This document shows positions 1-9,666 of a DNA stretch of 26,511 nucleotides, one piece after another (the first letter of the stretch is position 1; each line of letters opens with the position of its first letter). The notes below the pieces were generated by a model. The model made no database searches and was not told the origin of the DNA. It saw only the letters and a program-made list of their open reading frames with translations. The position numbers and the translations under genes were made by a program. The DNA is taken from positions 1 through 26,511 of IMG/VR virus record IMGVR_UViG_3300024999_000343. One strand, 5' to 3'. This DNA comes from a virus. Lineage: Duplodnaviria; Caudoviricetes.

Positions 1-621
1 AGTACTAGGAAAATTCCCACCTTGCACAATATTCGTCACACTCATATTTTCTTGCTTTTGATTCCATAAAGTCTGCAAATCAGTTGTGCGTTGGTATGTT
101 GTTGCGGATGGGGAGAGTTCTAGTTGAGCACCCCAAAGCCAAAAAGTTTTAGATGTATCAATATTTAATAAACCTGTATAAATAGCTAATAATATTGAAT
201 TACCATCTGCACTTGCAGTAAATGTTTTCTTTACAGAAATACGCACCCATTGTCCTGCAATTGTTGAAACTATAAGATTTTCTGCTTCTTGCATTGTGCC
301 TGTTCCACGTACCCTGATTGTAAAGTTAAATTGTGTGTCAGCATAAACCCATAATGAAATAGTAAATATTTTTGAAGTTATAGAACCTACAGCAAACGTA
401 CAATTTACACTTGAACCAACACCACTTCCAAGAACTTTATCCGCAGTTAATTCACCATTTGGTGCTGTCTTGTCATTTGAAACTATAGTAGTATCTGTCT
501 TTATCCACACACTATTACTAAAATCCTCACTCCACTTCAACAAATTCCTCTGTCGAATTGGAGCATAATGAGCAACTAATCCGTTTTGAATAAGACGTTT
601 TGGTTTTAAAGGAAGTGCCAT
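1..621 (-). CDS. virion fibre/spike protein with carbohydrate-binding-like domain (partial, runs off the window)
   Basis: Not in the ORF track. GGAGG SD, ATG at 621, frame open to position 1: MALPLKPKRLIQNGLVAHYAPIRQRNLLKWSEDFSNSVW...TAPNGELTADK...WLWGAQLE. The NLL..SEDF / APxG..TAD / WGAQLE pattern is common in phage fibre beta-sandwich domains. Confidence 0.75.
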   Translation of the reverse strand, partial: MALPLKPKRLIQNGLVAHYAPIRQRNLLKWSEDFSNSVWIKTDTTIVSNDKTAPNGELTADKVLGSGVGSSVNCTFAVGSITSKIFTISLWVYADTQFNFTIRVRGTGTMQEAENLIVSTIAGQWVRISVKKTFTASADGNSILLAIYTGLLNIDTSKTFWLWGAQLELSPSATTYQRTTDLQTLWNQKQENMSVTNIVQGGNFPST

Positions 622-632
622 GATAACACCTC

Positions 633-2063
633 CTAAACTTTCAGAATCAAAGTCAATGTTCTATCTGCTGTTTGATTGACTGCTGAACCTGATGTTCCAC
701 TTCTAATTTTTAAATATCTAATAGGTGCTAAAGCCAAAGCATTTACATCAATTGCATTTATTACATTTGCTGTTGCAGTAAGATTACTTCCAGGTTCAGT
801 TACTTCTAAACCATTGGCTTTTATATCTTTATATGTTCCTCCAGAAGTAGAACTACCTTGGAAAGTTAATCCAGCAGCAGTCCATTCAGACGGCATTTCT
901 ATTGCTGCTAATTGATAACCTTCGAGGTCTATTTCTGTTGAAAGAGGTGTACCTGAAGTTATAGTAGCAGTTTTTATAGTTGTTCTATTTGTTATATTAG
1001 TATTTAATGTTCCTGCTAATAATGCTCTAACTGCTTCTAATTTTGCTTCTGTTGAAAAATCTTTACCATTTAAAGTAGTTAATGCTGTTTCAATACCATC
1101 TACATGAGATATGATAGTATCTTGCTTTGCTGAAGTTGATGCACCTGTAGCTAAAGAATTTAAAATTTCATACTTACTACCATTTTCTACATTTATAGTA
1201 TCTACTCCACCACTAAAAACAATATTTTCAGTTGTTACTTCAACAACACCTGTATTACTTGTACTACATGTAAATTCATCTAAAGCATTAATTTCTGTTG
1301 CTACTAATGTTGCAGTATTTTTAGTATCATCTACAGCAAAATTATCTCCACCACCAGAGAAAGTTGCTGATTCTGCCAATGTTAATAAATCTAATCCTGT
1401 ACCACTTGCAACAGCATCAACTAATAAAGTTTCGCTATTAATTAATGTAGCAATATCACCTGCTGTACTACCATTTTCTGCTAATGTAATAGTTATAGCT
1501 TTTTCTACTATAACAAAAGATAATGTGCTTGTACCTGCTACAACTTCTATAGTATAGTCATTTCCATCAATACCATTTTCTACAACTTCTAAATTAACTG
1601 TTCCATCTGTACCTGTACCTATACTTGCTATAGCTGCATCTCCAGAATCAGTACCTAATGAAACTACAATTGTAGAATCTGTTAATATAGCTGATAAATC
1701 AGAATCAGCAGAATCTCCCTCTACTATTTCAATATCATATACATTTCCAATTACACCTTCATCTATATACGATACTACAATTTCACTTGTACCTTCACCT
1801 ATCGTTGCTGTAGCTTTTGCACCAGCTAAAGCAGGAGTAAATGTTATAGTATCAGCAGTATTAGAAACAATTGTTTTAAAATATTCTTTATCTTCTGTGG
1901 TAAATTTTACTATTGAATTAGCAAACATATTGGTAATAAATTCTTTATTTGTATCTACAATAGTTGTTTTTGTTCCACTTGTGCTAACACCCATTATTGT
2001 TTCTACTTTTGCAATACCTGATTCCATGTCTATATATTTTGCTAGTAAATCAAATGTATTCAT
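633..2063 (-). CDS. structural protein (probable head decoration/fibre) with nested repeat domains
   Basis: 476 aa, T/G/S/A-rich beta protein directly after the major capsid gene. GGAGG SD. Internal repeats ending in FSGG; C-terminal beta-sandwich-like region. Confidence 0.6.
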   Translation of the reverse strand: MNTFDLLAKYIDMESGIAKVETIMGVSTSGTKTTIVDTNKEFITNMFANSIVKFTTEDKEYFKTIVSNTADTITFTPALAGAKATATIGEGTSEIVVSYIDEGVIGNVYDIEIVEGDSADSDLSAILTDSTIVVSLGTDSGDAAIASIGTGTDGTVNLEVVENGIDGNDYTIEVVAGTSTLSFVIVEKAITITLAENGSTAGDIATLINSETLLVDAVASGTGLDLLTLAESATFSGGGDNFAVDDTKNTATLVATEINALDEFTCSTSNTGVVEVTTENIVFSGGVDTINVENGSKYEILNSLATGASTSAKQDTIISHVDGIETALTTLNGKDFSTEAKLEAVRALLAGTLNTNITNRTTIKTATITSGTPLSTEIDLEGYQLAAIEMPSEWTAAGLTFQGSSTSGGTYKDIKANGLEVTEPGSNLTATANVINAIDVNALALAPIRYLKIRSGTSGSAVNQTADRTLTLILKV

Positions 2064-2100
2064 ATCTTACCTCCCTTGCTTAAATTTAAATTTAAAAAAT

Positions 2101-2127
2101 AAAAAGAGAGTATATTTCAACTCTCTT
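2101..2127 (-). terminator. intrinsic terminator after major capsid gene
   Basis: Minus strand AAGAGAGT-loop-ACTCTCTTTTT. Confidence 0.75.
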
Positions 2128-2137
2128 AAATATTTAA

Positions 2138-3295
2138 TTAACCAGTTACACCATAGATAGAAGCATGTTTCTTAGGATTGCGAATTTCCAAACCACATTC
2201 AGTAATATACTGTTCTTTGATACCATCTTCATCATTATCTTGAAGATTAGTTTCAAGTTTAGTATCTCTACCTTTTAACGGACGATATTTTACTTCTTTA
2301 ACATCAAGAACAACACCATTATATGTAGAATCATTTAAAATTCTGTCATAAACAATATTTAAAATACCAAACGGAGAAATGTATTGGAATACAGATAATC
2401 CGTATTTCTTTGCTTCTTGATTAATTTGAAGTTTACCTAATGCCCAACCATTGATAACAGAAAGTAATGTAGCATCTGCAAAAAGCATTTTCTCATCATT
2501 ACCATAAAGAAAAGCATTTTTACATAAATTCTGCTCAAAATTAGCTTGTGTCAATGTACCGTTGGCATTATATATGTTTTCTGTTGCAAAAGATAAAATA
2601 CCACCTGTTGCTCTAGCTACATAAGTACCAGAAGTATCTAATTTCTTCTGTCCAAAATAAAATGCTCTACCAATATCAATCAAGTGTTGAATACCAGCTT
2701 TATTTCTCTGATAAGCTAATTCATCTACTCCACCATAAACAGAAGTAGCTTTAGCAGTACCAGAAATACCAAAAGGTGTTTTGAAGATTTGAGTATAGTT
2801 AAATTTATCTTCTACTTCAGTAGTTTTAGCAACTCTAGTACCAGAAAATTCCTGACTAACATTACCAACAATTAATACTACAGCATTATCAGCAATAATA
2901 GCAGCCGTAGTAGTGCCATATGCCCTAGTCACAGTAATTTCGTTCACGTTGTCACCATCAGGATTTAATGCAGTTACAATCATATTTTCATTAGTAGCTA
3001 CAGCATTAACAATATCACCTATTGCAAAAATAGTACCATCATCAAAAATCAATTTTGTTACATCAGCAGCAGCATTGCCAGCCATATTTAATTGTGTTTT
3101 TCTACCAACTAAATCATCTTCTAACCAATGAAATTTAGGATTGGTAGCATCTTCCTTCATAGTTTTTACTTGCTTTAAAAGTGAAATAAAAGGTGTTTCA
3201 GTCGGAGATAGAGTTGCGATTACGTTACTCATATCTATAATTTGTTTTGCAGTTACAATGTTTGCGGTTGTTAATACTCCATTAATATTTCCCAT
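2138..3295 (-). CDS. major capsid protein (HK97 fold, SU10/DUF5309-like)
   Basis: 385 aa. SPTETPFISLL, FHWLED, NYTQIFK and C-terminal ECGLEIRNPKKHA motifs; follows the scaffold and is followed by a terminator. Confidence 0.88.
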   Translation of the reverse strand: MGNINGVLTTANIVTAKQIIDMSNVIATLSPTETPFISLLKQVKTMKEDATNPKFHWLEDDLVGRKTQLNMAGNAAADVTKLIFDDGTIFAIGDIVNAVATNENMIVTALNPDGDNVNEITVTRAYGTTTAAIIADNAVVLIVGNVSQEFSGTRVAKTTEVEDKFNYTQIFKTPFGISGTAKATSVYGGVDELAYQRNKAGIQHLIDIGRAFYFGQKKLDTSGTYVARATGGILSFATENIYNANGTLTQANFEQNLCKNAFLYGNDEKMLFADATLLSVINGWALGKLQINQEAKKYGLSVFQYISPFGILNIVYDRILNDSTYNGVVLDVKEVKYRPLKGRDTKLETNLQDNDEDGIKEQYITECGLEIRNPKKHASIYGVTG

Positions 3296-3332
3296 GTTTA
3301 AATATTCCCCCTATAATTTTTATTTTTTATTT

Positions 3333-4166
3333 TTAAAATATATTTTTTCTACCAGCATTGAATATTCCTTCAATAATCAATTCTTCTGGTGTTTTACTAC
3401 CATTATTCTGTTTTGATTGTTTCATATTGTTATTTGTATTTACACTTTGCTTACTTTTCATATTTTCAAGTATTTCTTTTTGTGTTTCATTCTTTACTTG
3501 TTTTACAAGTTTAGATGTTGACTTAGGATATAATTCTTGGCAAGCCATTTTTAATATACGTTTAGATTCTGATAAATTAGGATTACCTAATTCAAAAGCA
3601 ATTTCTTTTGCCTTAATAAACATATCAGCTAAACCTTTTTCATCAGAAATTTCAGAATAATCTTTAGATAATTCTTGTAAATTATTTTGCAATTGCATGT
3701 CTGCTTTTTCTTGTTGAATTGGTGCTAAAGCCTGTTGTACAAAATATTGAATTACAGATGCAGGGTCTTCAGTCATAGCTTGAAAAATAGCATCTGATAC
3801 TTCTTGTTGTGATTTAACTGGTTGTTGTTGTTGACTATTATTTTGTTGTTGTGGTTGTCTTGATTGATGAAATGCTTTTTCAAGATTTTTATAACCTTTA
3901 ACTAAATCATCAACACTTTTAAATTTACCAGCTAATTTTTCATTAGTAGTAGAATTATCTTCTACTTCTACTTCCTCTTCAGTAGAATTATCTTGTTCTT
4001 CCTGACCAGTTTCATCATCTTGAAATTGTTGGTCATTATTAACTTCTACTTCAACTTCCTCATTTACACTAGATTGAGAATCACCTGCCATGTCACTAAA
4101 TACTTCTTGTCCAGTAGGGGAAGTAGTAACATCGGTTATAGGTTCTCCTAATCCTAAAAAACTCAT
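3333..4166 (-). CDS. capsid scaffolding protein
   Basis: Acidic N-terminus, LAGKFKSVDDLVKGYKNLEK motif, helical body; lies between portal and MCP. Confidence 0.8.
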   Translation of the reverse strand: MSFLGLGEPITDVTTSPTGQEVFSDMAGDSQSSVNEEVEVEVNNDQQFQDDETGQEEQDNSTEEEVEVEDNSTTNEKLAGKFKSVDDLVKGYKNLEKAFHQSRQPQQQNNSQQQQPVKSQQEVSDAIFQAMTEDPASVIQYFVQQALAPIQQEKADMQLQNNLQELSKDYSEISDEKGLADMFIKAKEIAFELGNPNLSESKRILKMACQELYPKSTSKLVKQVKNETQKEILENMKSKQSVNTNNNMKQSKQNNGSKTPEELIIEGIFNAGRKNIF

Positions 4167-4209
4167 AATATAAACCTCCTATTATTTTTTATATATATTA
4201 ACTATGTAG

Positions 4210-4425
4210 TTAATCTTCAGAATCTAAAATAAAATTAATTTGTTCTATAATACTTTTATATGCTTCAAGTTTTGCACGATTAAATATTATATTTTCTAAT
4301 TTACATGTAGCTAATTCATTCATATAATAATCTTTCATCTGATTAATATATGCTTCCATTAACTTCCATCCATCATTTTCAAGCATATTGGAAATATTAT
4401 ATCTATCTTCTTTACTATATTCCAT
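4210..4425 (-). CDS. small helical protein between portal and scaffold (Bbp19-like position)
   Basis: 71 aa, 'LENDGWKLME' pattern, GGAG SD, synteny. Confidence 0.55.
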   Translation of the reverse strand: MEYSKEDRYNISNMLENDGWKLMEAYINQMKDYYMNELATCKLENIIFNRAKLEAYKSIIEQINFILDSED

Positions 4426-4440
4426 ATAATTACTCCATTC

Positions 4441-6336
4441 CTATTCAGGTAATAAACCTTGTCCTTCCATAATTGAACGATTTAATCCACCACTTGCATT
4501 TGCTGAAAAGTTTTCAGTATTTTGCATACCCATTAATTGATTCATTAAATCTGGTGGTAATTGCATATCATTTTGAGGTAAAGTATTTTCAGGTAAAGTT
4601 TGTTCATTAGGTGGTACTGGTACTTGTTGCATTTGTTTTGCTTTTACTTCTTCTTCTGTGGGAATTAATTCTTCAATATTTTGCATATCAAATGCTTGGA
4701 AAATAAGTTTCATTAAATATAATTTCTTTTCAGGAAATGCTTGGAATATTGGGTCTGTATTAGATATTTGATATAATTGCAATAATCTTTGTTTATATGC
4801 TTCTTTATTAGCTAATGGTTCTACACTTGAACCCATTGCAATACAATCAAATTCCCCTTGTATTTCGTCTGGATTAATATTTACCCAATCATCACCTTTA
4901 ATATTAGAAATTCTTAATACTCTTTCAGTATCTAAAAATTGTTGATTTAATTGCATCATCTTTCTAGCAATATTAACTAGTAAATCTTTTTCAATAGAAG
5001 TAATAATTTCTTTAAATCTAATTGAAGCATTTGAATCTTTAGTCATTGTACCTGTTGCTGTATCTCTGGAAGATGTTCCCATTATCACTGATTGAGCCCC
5101 GGTTGCATCCATGATATCCTGTTTCACCGTTTCTTCTTGATTAAACATTTGAGGTGATACATTTTGAACGCCAATTTCTTCTATATCATCCATCTCATTT
5201 ACAGGAATTAAACCATTTGGACGCCATGTCAAATCTTTTTTACTTATACCTGAACCTTTTTTATATTTAAACATTCTACGATTTGACATAGCAGCATAGT
5301 CAATTCGCATATTTCTATATGTGTTTAATTCATCAATTAAAGGTTCAATTCTATCCATAACACCTTTGCCATAAAATTCACCTGGGATTGAGTCATATCT
5401 TGACATATCATATGGTTTCTTTTTATGCCAGTATGGATTTTCTTCATCTTTTGCTATATAACTTCTTTCAATAATAATTACATGTCTATTATCTTCCCAA
5501 TAGTGAATAACTTCATATAAATCATCTTCAGAATTTGGAGAAGAATTATTTATAGCAATTCCTATAGATGCCATTCTTTCTTGTTTAGGTTTATTATATG
5601 AATTAGAAGAAGTTATTTTTTTCCAATCAACAACATATATTTCACTATCATGTTTCTTTTGTATTTCTGATTTTGTTTCATATGTGATATGTCCACACCA
5701 TCTTGCTGTATCAATATCTTCTGCATATGGGTCTACAAAGAAATTTAACAAATCAACAAAATATACATCAGGGTCATCATATAGAATTTCTTTAGTTTTA
5801 ACAGGTTGATATCTTTGAATTGGTTGTCTAGTAACTTCATCAACAAATGGCTGATTAGTTTCTTCATCAATAATATCAACTAATTGTTTTTTAATTATAT
5901 TTCTTGTATCATACTTCCATCCTGTATAAGCGATAGTTGTTCCATATATACATAAAGTTTTTAATCCTTCTGCAAACTTAGAACGTAAATTCATTCGCTC
6001 ATTCATTTGATAATCTAATAAAACTTGATTATTTGTTGCAAAATTGTAGTCGTTAACTTCCCTATCCTTCACTGTGATATAAGGTCTTGCAGAAAATAAT
6101 GTTTCTACTAACCTCGGCAAAATTGTCGCTACTTGAATATAAGCATACGGAATAGAAATATTGCTAGTAGTTGTTATTTGTTTTTGTGTTGCAGGGTCAA
6201 TAATAGCATCAACATAGTTATTATACATTTGATAGAATCTTTCCCATTTATCTTTGTAATTATTAACTACATTTTGTTCTGATAATATAATTCTATTCAT
6301 ATATTTATTTAAATTTTTTTGATTAGGTTTTGCTAT
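4441..6336 (-). CDS. portal protein (P22/SU10-like); start probably ATA at 6336 (first ATG at 6300)
   Basis: FFVDP, PGEFYGKG and TATG motifs; directly after TerL. AAGGGAGG lies 8 nt before an in-frame ATA, while the ATG at 6300 has no SD. Confidence 0.88.
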   Translation of the reverse strand: MAKPNQKNLNKYMNRIILSEQNVVNNYKDKWERFYQMYNNYVDAIIDPATQKQITTTSNISIPYAYIQVATILPRLVETLFSARPYITVKDREVNDYNFATNNQVLLDYQMNERMNLRSKFAEGLKTLCIYGTTIAYTGWKYDTRNIIKKQLVDIIDEETNQPFVDEVTRQPIQRYQPVKTKEILYDDPDVYFVDLLNFFVDPYAEDIDTARWCGHITYETKSEIQKKHDSEIYVVDWKKITSSNSYNKPKQERMASIGIAINNSSPNSEDDLYEVIHYWEDNRHVIIIERSYIAKDEENPYWHKKKPYDMSRYDSIPGEFYGKGVMDRIEPLIDELNTYRNMRIDYAAMSNRRMFKYKKGSGISKKDLTWRPNGLIPVNEMDDIEEIGVQNVSPQMFNQEETVKQDIMDATGAQSVIMGTSSRDTATGTMTKDSNASIRFKEIITSIEKDLLVNIARKMMQLNQQFLDTERVLRISNIKGDDWVNINPDEIQGEFDCIAMGSSVEPLANKEAYKQRLLQLYQISNTDPIFQAFPEKKLYLMKLIFQAFDMQNIEELIPTEEEVKAKQMQQVPVPPNEQTLPENTLPQNDMQLPPDLMNQLMGMQNTENFSANASGGLNRSIMEGQGLLPE

Positions 6337-6352
6337 GATTTAAACCTCCCTT

Positions 6353-8077
6353 CTAATAGCCTGTCCTTGAATTAACTGGTCTATATTCTTCATAATCATC
6401 TATTTCATTTGCTTCATCTGGATTATAGTATTTTTGTGAATCAACATAAGCACATATAGCCAGCGATAGCACTCTATCATCATGTTTTAGAGATTGTGCT
6501 TGTGGTTTACCTTTATCATCATAGACAAAAGTAATAAATTCTTCTATTGTTTCTTTGCAATTTATTTTTATTAAATCATCTCTAAACATACGAATAAGAT
6601 TATCAATAATTAATTTTCTATTGTTTTGCATAGTACGCCAACCATATTCTTGAATAGTTTTATTGCTTACGCTATCAACATTTTCTTTTCGTTTATAGAT
6701 GTTTTTATAAATTGGTTTAAGTGAGGATAAGAAACTACCACCAGAAGTATTATTTAATTCTGGAACAACTAATGCACGATTGTAAAATCTTGCTAACATT
6801 TCAATTTCTTTAGCAAATAAGTCAGGGTCAATATGTCCATGAAATTGTGCAACTTGTTCTTTGTTTTTCCTATTTAAAACATCTGCACATGAATAGTCAC
6901 CATGTTTTAAACCTTCAGCAGTATCTACAGATATTATGTATTCTTGTCCATCAATAGGAAATTCCCATATAGATAGATAACCTTTTTTACTAGAATTAAA
7001 TTGTACTCTTTTATTTACTTCAATTATATTACCTTTTTTTAAAGGATTTTTACATTTATTATTTTTGTAATATTCACATTTATTATGATTAAAAACAGGT
7101 CTACCAGATGATAAAAATGCTTCATTATCATTTGATGGATATTCTTGTTTAAACTTTTCTTCATCACCATTACAATTATTCTTAATACACCATCTACGCC
7201 ATTTTAATTGTTCAGGAGATAAATTATATGCTTTTTGAAGCTCAATTTCTTCATCAGTTAATTTTAATACTTCACCTTCATCTAATTCCATTTGATAATC
7301 TTTGTGTTCAAACCATGCAAAAAATAAAGGTATAAAATCATTTAATCCTTTTTTGGCATTAGTATATAATTCATAAAAATAATCACCTATACCATTTGCA
7401 GTAGATTCAACGATAATTATTGAATTTTTAGAATATGGTACTGATTGTAATAATCCTAACATTGTTTCTTTTGGTGAAGGCATAAAAGCTAATTCAGATA
7501 CGTGTAAATAGTGAATAGTATTTGAACGTCCTGCACCAGAACCTTTAGCTGTAATCATTCTCATTTTAGAACGTAAACCTGGATTTTCTTGTTTCTCTTT
7601 TACTTCTTTTGTTGGATTTTCAAATATTAATTGTTGTGAATTATTTGATTTAACCATAGGACGCATTTCATCAGGTAATTCATCTAAAAACAATTTAGAC
7701 ATATTAAATAAGTTAGTTGTGGATTCTTCTAAGTGTGCTATAATTGTTGTATTAATGTTTTCCTGTGTTGAAGTTAAATGAAATAATTTACCTTCTGTAT
7801 ATGTTGAAGCGCCCTCTTGTCTAGCTTTAAGGATTACTAATCTAACTGGTTTATTTAAACTACGTTGTTTTTCAATTATTTTATCTAATTTAATTTGAAT
7901 TGAATTTAGTTTAAATTTTTTTAATTCACCTTCTTTAGTGCGTATTTTTAAATTTTTATAAGCATAAAAAGGGAATTCAGTTAATGATTTTTGTATAATA
8001 TCTGCTTCAGTTAAACCTTTTTTTTGCTCTGATTTAGTTATTTTTAACTTGTGTTGCTCTGATTTTTTAATAGTTAT
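6353..8077 (-). CDS. terL: terminase large subunit, extended 125 codons beyond the ORF track; probable ATA start
   Basis: The frame is open from 7702 up to a TGA at 8087-8089. The extension contains the ATPase motif ILKARQEGAST. Downstream are LHVSE (Walker B), VESTANG and the nuclease motifs VDTAEG/HDDRV. Confidence 0.93.
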   Translation of the reverse strand: MTIKKSEQHKLKITKSEQKKGLTEADIIQKSLTEFPFYAYKNLKIRTKEGELKKFKLNSIQIKLDKIIEKQRSLNKPVRLVILKARQEGASTYTEGKLFHLTSTQENINTTIIAHLEESTTNLFNMSKLFLDELPDEMRPMVKSNNSQQLIFENPTKEVKEKQENPGLRSKMRMITAKGSGAGRSNTIHYLHVSELAFMPSPKETMLGLLQSVPYSKNSIIIVESTANGIGDYFYELYTNAKKGLNDFIPLFFAWFEHKDYQMELDEGEVLKLTDEEIELQKAYNLSPEQLKWRRWCIKNNCNGDEEKFKQEYPSNDNEAFLSSGRPVFNHNKCEYYKNNKCKNPLKKGNIIEVNKRVQFNSSKKGYLSIWEFPIDGQEYIISVDTAEGLKHGDYSCADVLNRKNKEQVAQFHGHIDPDLFAKEIEMLARFYNRALVVPELNNTSGGSFLSSLKPIYKNIYKRKENVDSVSNKTIQEYGWRTMQNNRKLIIDNLIRMFRDDLIKINCKETIEEFITFVYDDKGKPQAQSLKHDDRVLSLAICAYVDSQKYYNPDEANEIDDYEEYRPVNSRTGY

Positions 8078-8214
8078 TTTATATGTTCACCTCTTTTTCT
8101 TTTCTCTTCTAAGAGATATTCACGTTGCTTTGCTTTACGTTGTTTTTTAGTTGTATGTTTGCTTGTTATTGAATAGTTTAATTCATTTAATAATTTGTCA
8201 ATTTTACTAGACAT
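8074..8214 (-). CDS. 46-aa basic protein upstream of terL
   Basis: AGGAG SD and ATG; MSSKIDKLLNELNYSITSKHTTKKQRKAKQREYLLEEKRKRGEHIK*. The stop overlaps the proposed terL start (ATAA). Confidence 0.65.
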   Translation of the reverse strand: MSSKIDKLLNELNYSITSKHTTKKQRKAKQREYLLEEKRKRGEHIK

Positions 8215-8340
8215 TATAGCAACTCCTGTTTATATATTGATTATTTGACATTACACTTAGTGTTAAAAACATAGTAAAATCAATGGTTTAGAGTATATTG
8301 GCAATTTTATATATGTACTCTGATAGCCATATATTATATT

Positions 8341-8471
8341 TGTGGGTGTGGGGGTACGTTTGGGGATACCCCCTTCCGTTATAACGTAATTCCGTAATAA
8401 CGAAACAACGTAATTTTACCACAATTTTACTAACTTTCCACAATTTTCATTAACATTTATCACACAATTTT
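8341..8471. other. candidate DNA packaging/genome-end region
   Basis: GC island (GGGTGTGGGGGTACGTTTGGGGATACCCCC) in the terS-terL gap, followed by short repeats (CACAATTTT x3) and a local switch from G-rich to C-rich on the + strand. Confidence 0.4.
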
Positions 8472-8596
8472 AACATACTTTGGGTGTTCAAGTGTCCAAG
8501 TATTAGCTATGAAAGTACAATGTGTATTCACAACCCTAGCCTTATGTAACTATAAACTTACCCGTTCAATTATAAGCGAAACTAATTATATACGGA

Positions 8597-8624
8597 ACTT
8601 CCGATAATAAATATTATGTAAACT
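8597..8624 (+). other. dif: dif-like XerC/XerD recombination site
   Basis: ACTTCCGATAA-TAAATA-TTATGTAAACT. The right arm is identical to the B. subtilis dif as I recall it (ACTTCCTAGAATATATATTATGTAAACT), with 11-6-11 layout. Confidence 0.85.
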
Positions 8625-8797
8625 AGAGAACTACCAACAAACCCTTATAGAATCAATGGTACAAGGTTTATAATATAATTTACGCTGTATTATTCGGAAC
8701 TTATGCTAACAATTATATAAATACTATTATCTCAGCGAAATTCACATAGTATTTCTATAGATAGAATAACATGATAAAACGAAAATTTTATTCAAAC

Positions 8798-9244
8798 TTA
8801 ATCATCTTCATCATTAACAAAGTATTCAATATCTTCAACTACTTCGCCCATACTTGCCATATATTCTTTATATTCTTGATGTTCTTTTAAATGCTTCTCA
8901 ATACCGTTATTCACATTAACATTAATATCTTTCTTCTGTGAATACAAACCAATCATTTCAAAATATAACTTTTGATGATTGTAACTACCTTCTTTAGCCT
9001 TCTTTTTTAATGAATCTATAATAGGAAACAATTCATCACATAGTAAATCATTAACAGTATTTTTCATAACTTCCATAAATCTTGGTTTTCTAATCATTTC
9101 ATAGTAATAAGTTCTACTAACATCTGCCAATTTTGCCTTTTCTGTGTGAGTTTTTCCAAAATTATCAGGATTTTGTAAAACTTTCAATAAACGTAACTCA
9201 GCAGGAGTCACATTTTCACCGTCTGTTACAGTTAACTTTCCCAT
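8798..9244 (-). CDS. terS: terminase small subunit (N-terminal HTH)
   Basis: HTH 'HTEKAKLADVSRTYYYE' and 'AKEGSYNHQKLYFEMIG' pattern; upstream of terL. Start re-set to the ATG at 9244 after AGGTGA. Confidence 0.75.
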   Translation of the reverse strand: MGKLTVTDGENVTPAELRLLKVLQNPDNFGKTHTEKAKLADVSRTYYYEMIRKPRFMEVMKNTVNDLLCDELFPIIDSLKKKAKEGSYNHQKLYFEMIGLYSQKKDINVNVNNGIEKHLKEHQEYKEYMASMGEVVEDIEYFVNDEDD

Positions 9245-9471
9245 CCTTTCACCTACTTTCAAAATACCAAACAAATATCAAACACTTACAAAACCCTTAC
9301 ATATCAATTACTTAGCATTAATTTCTACATCACATAGTATTCAATACTACATATCCTTTAGCATAGTAAAGTGTTAAAATACTGTATCAAAATGATACAC
9401 TTTTCCCCTAATTTTTACCTAACATTTACCCTATTTTAACGTCAAACTACCATATATGTAGTATGATAAAT

Positions 9472-9666
9472 TTATTCACTTACCTCCACTTTATCAATCC
9501 TATTCACCATAAACCAACCATAAGCATCATTTTCCAATACTTCCATACTATCCTTTAAATCAACTACTTCATTTTCTAACTCACTAACTTTATCCTTTAA
9601 CTTTTTAACTTCATCAAATAATTGATAAACAATTCCACTTAACGCATCACACATATTATTCTTCAT
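9472..9666 (-). CDS. hypothetical coiled-coil protein
   Basis: 64 aa, heptad pattern, GAGG SD. Confidence 0.6.
   Translation of the reverse strand: MKNNMCDALSGIVYQLFDEVKKLKDKVSELENEVVDLKDSMEVLENDAYGWFMVNRIDKVEVSE

Noticed and set aside
676-3660. Plus-strand ORFs at 676, 1111, 1897, 2913, 3141 and 3358
   Set aside because: Antisense shadows of well-supported structural genes; no recognisable motifs
6353-7702. TerL as a truncated or intron-split gene (449 aa in the ORF track)
   Set aside because: The frame continues uninterrupted to 8086 and contains the missing ATPase motif, so neither a pseudogene nor an intron is needed
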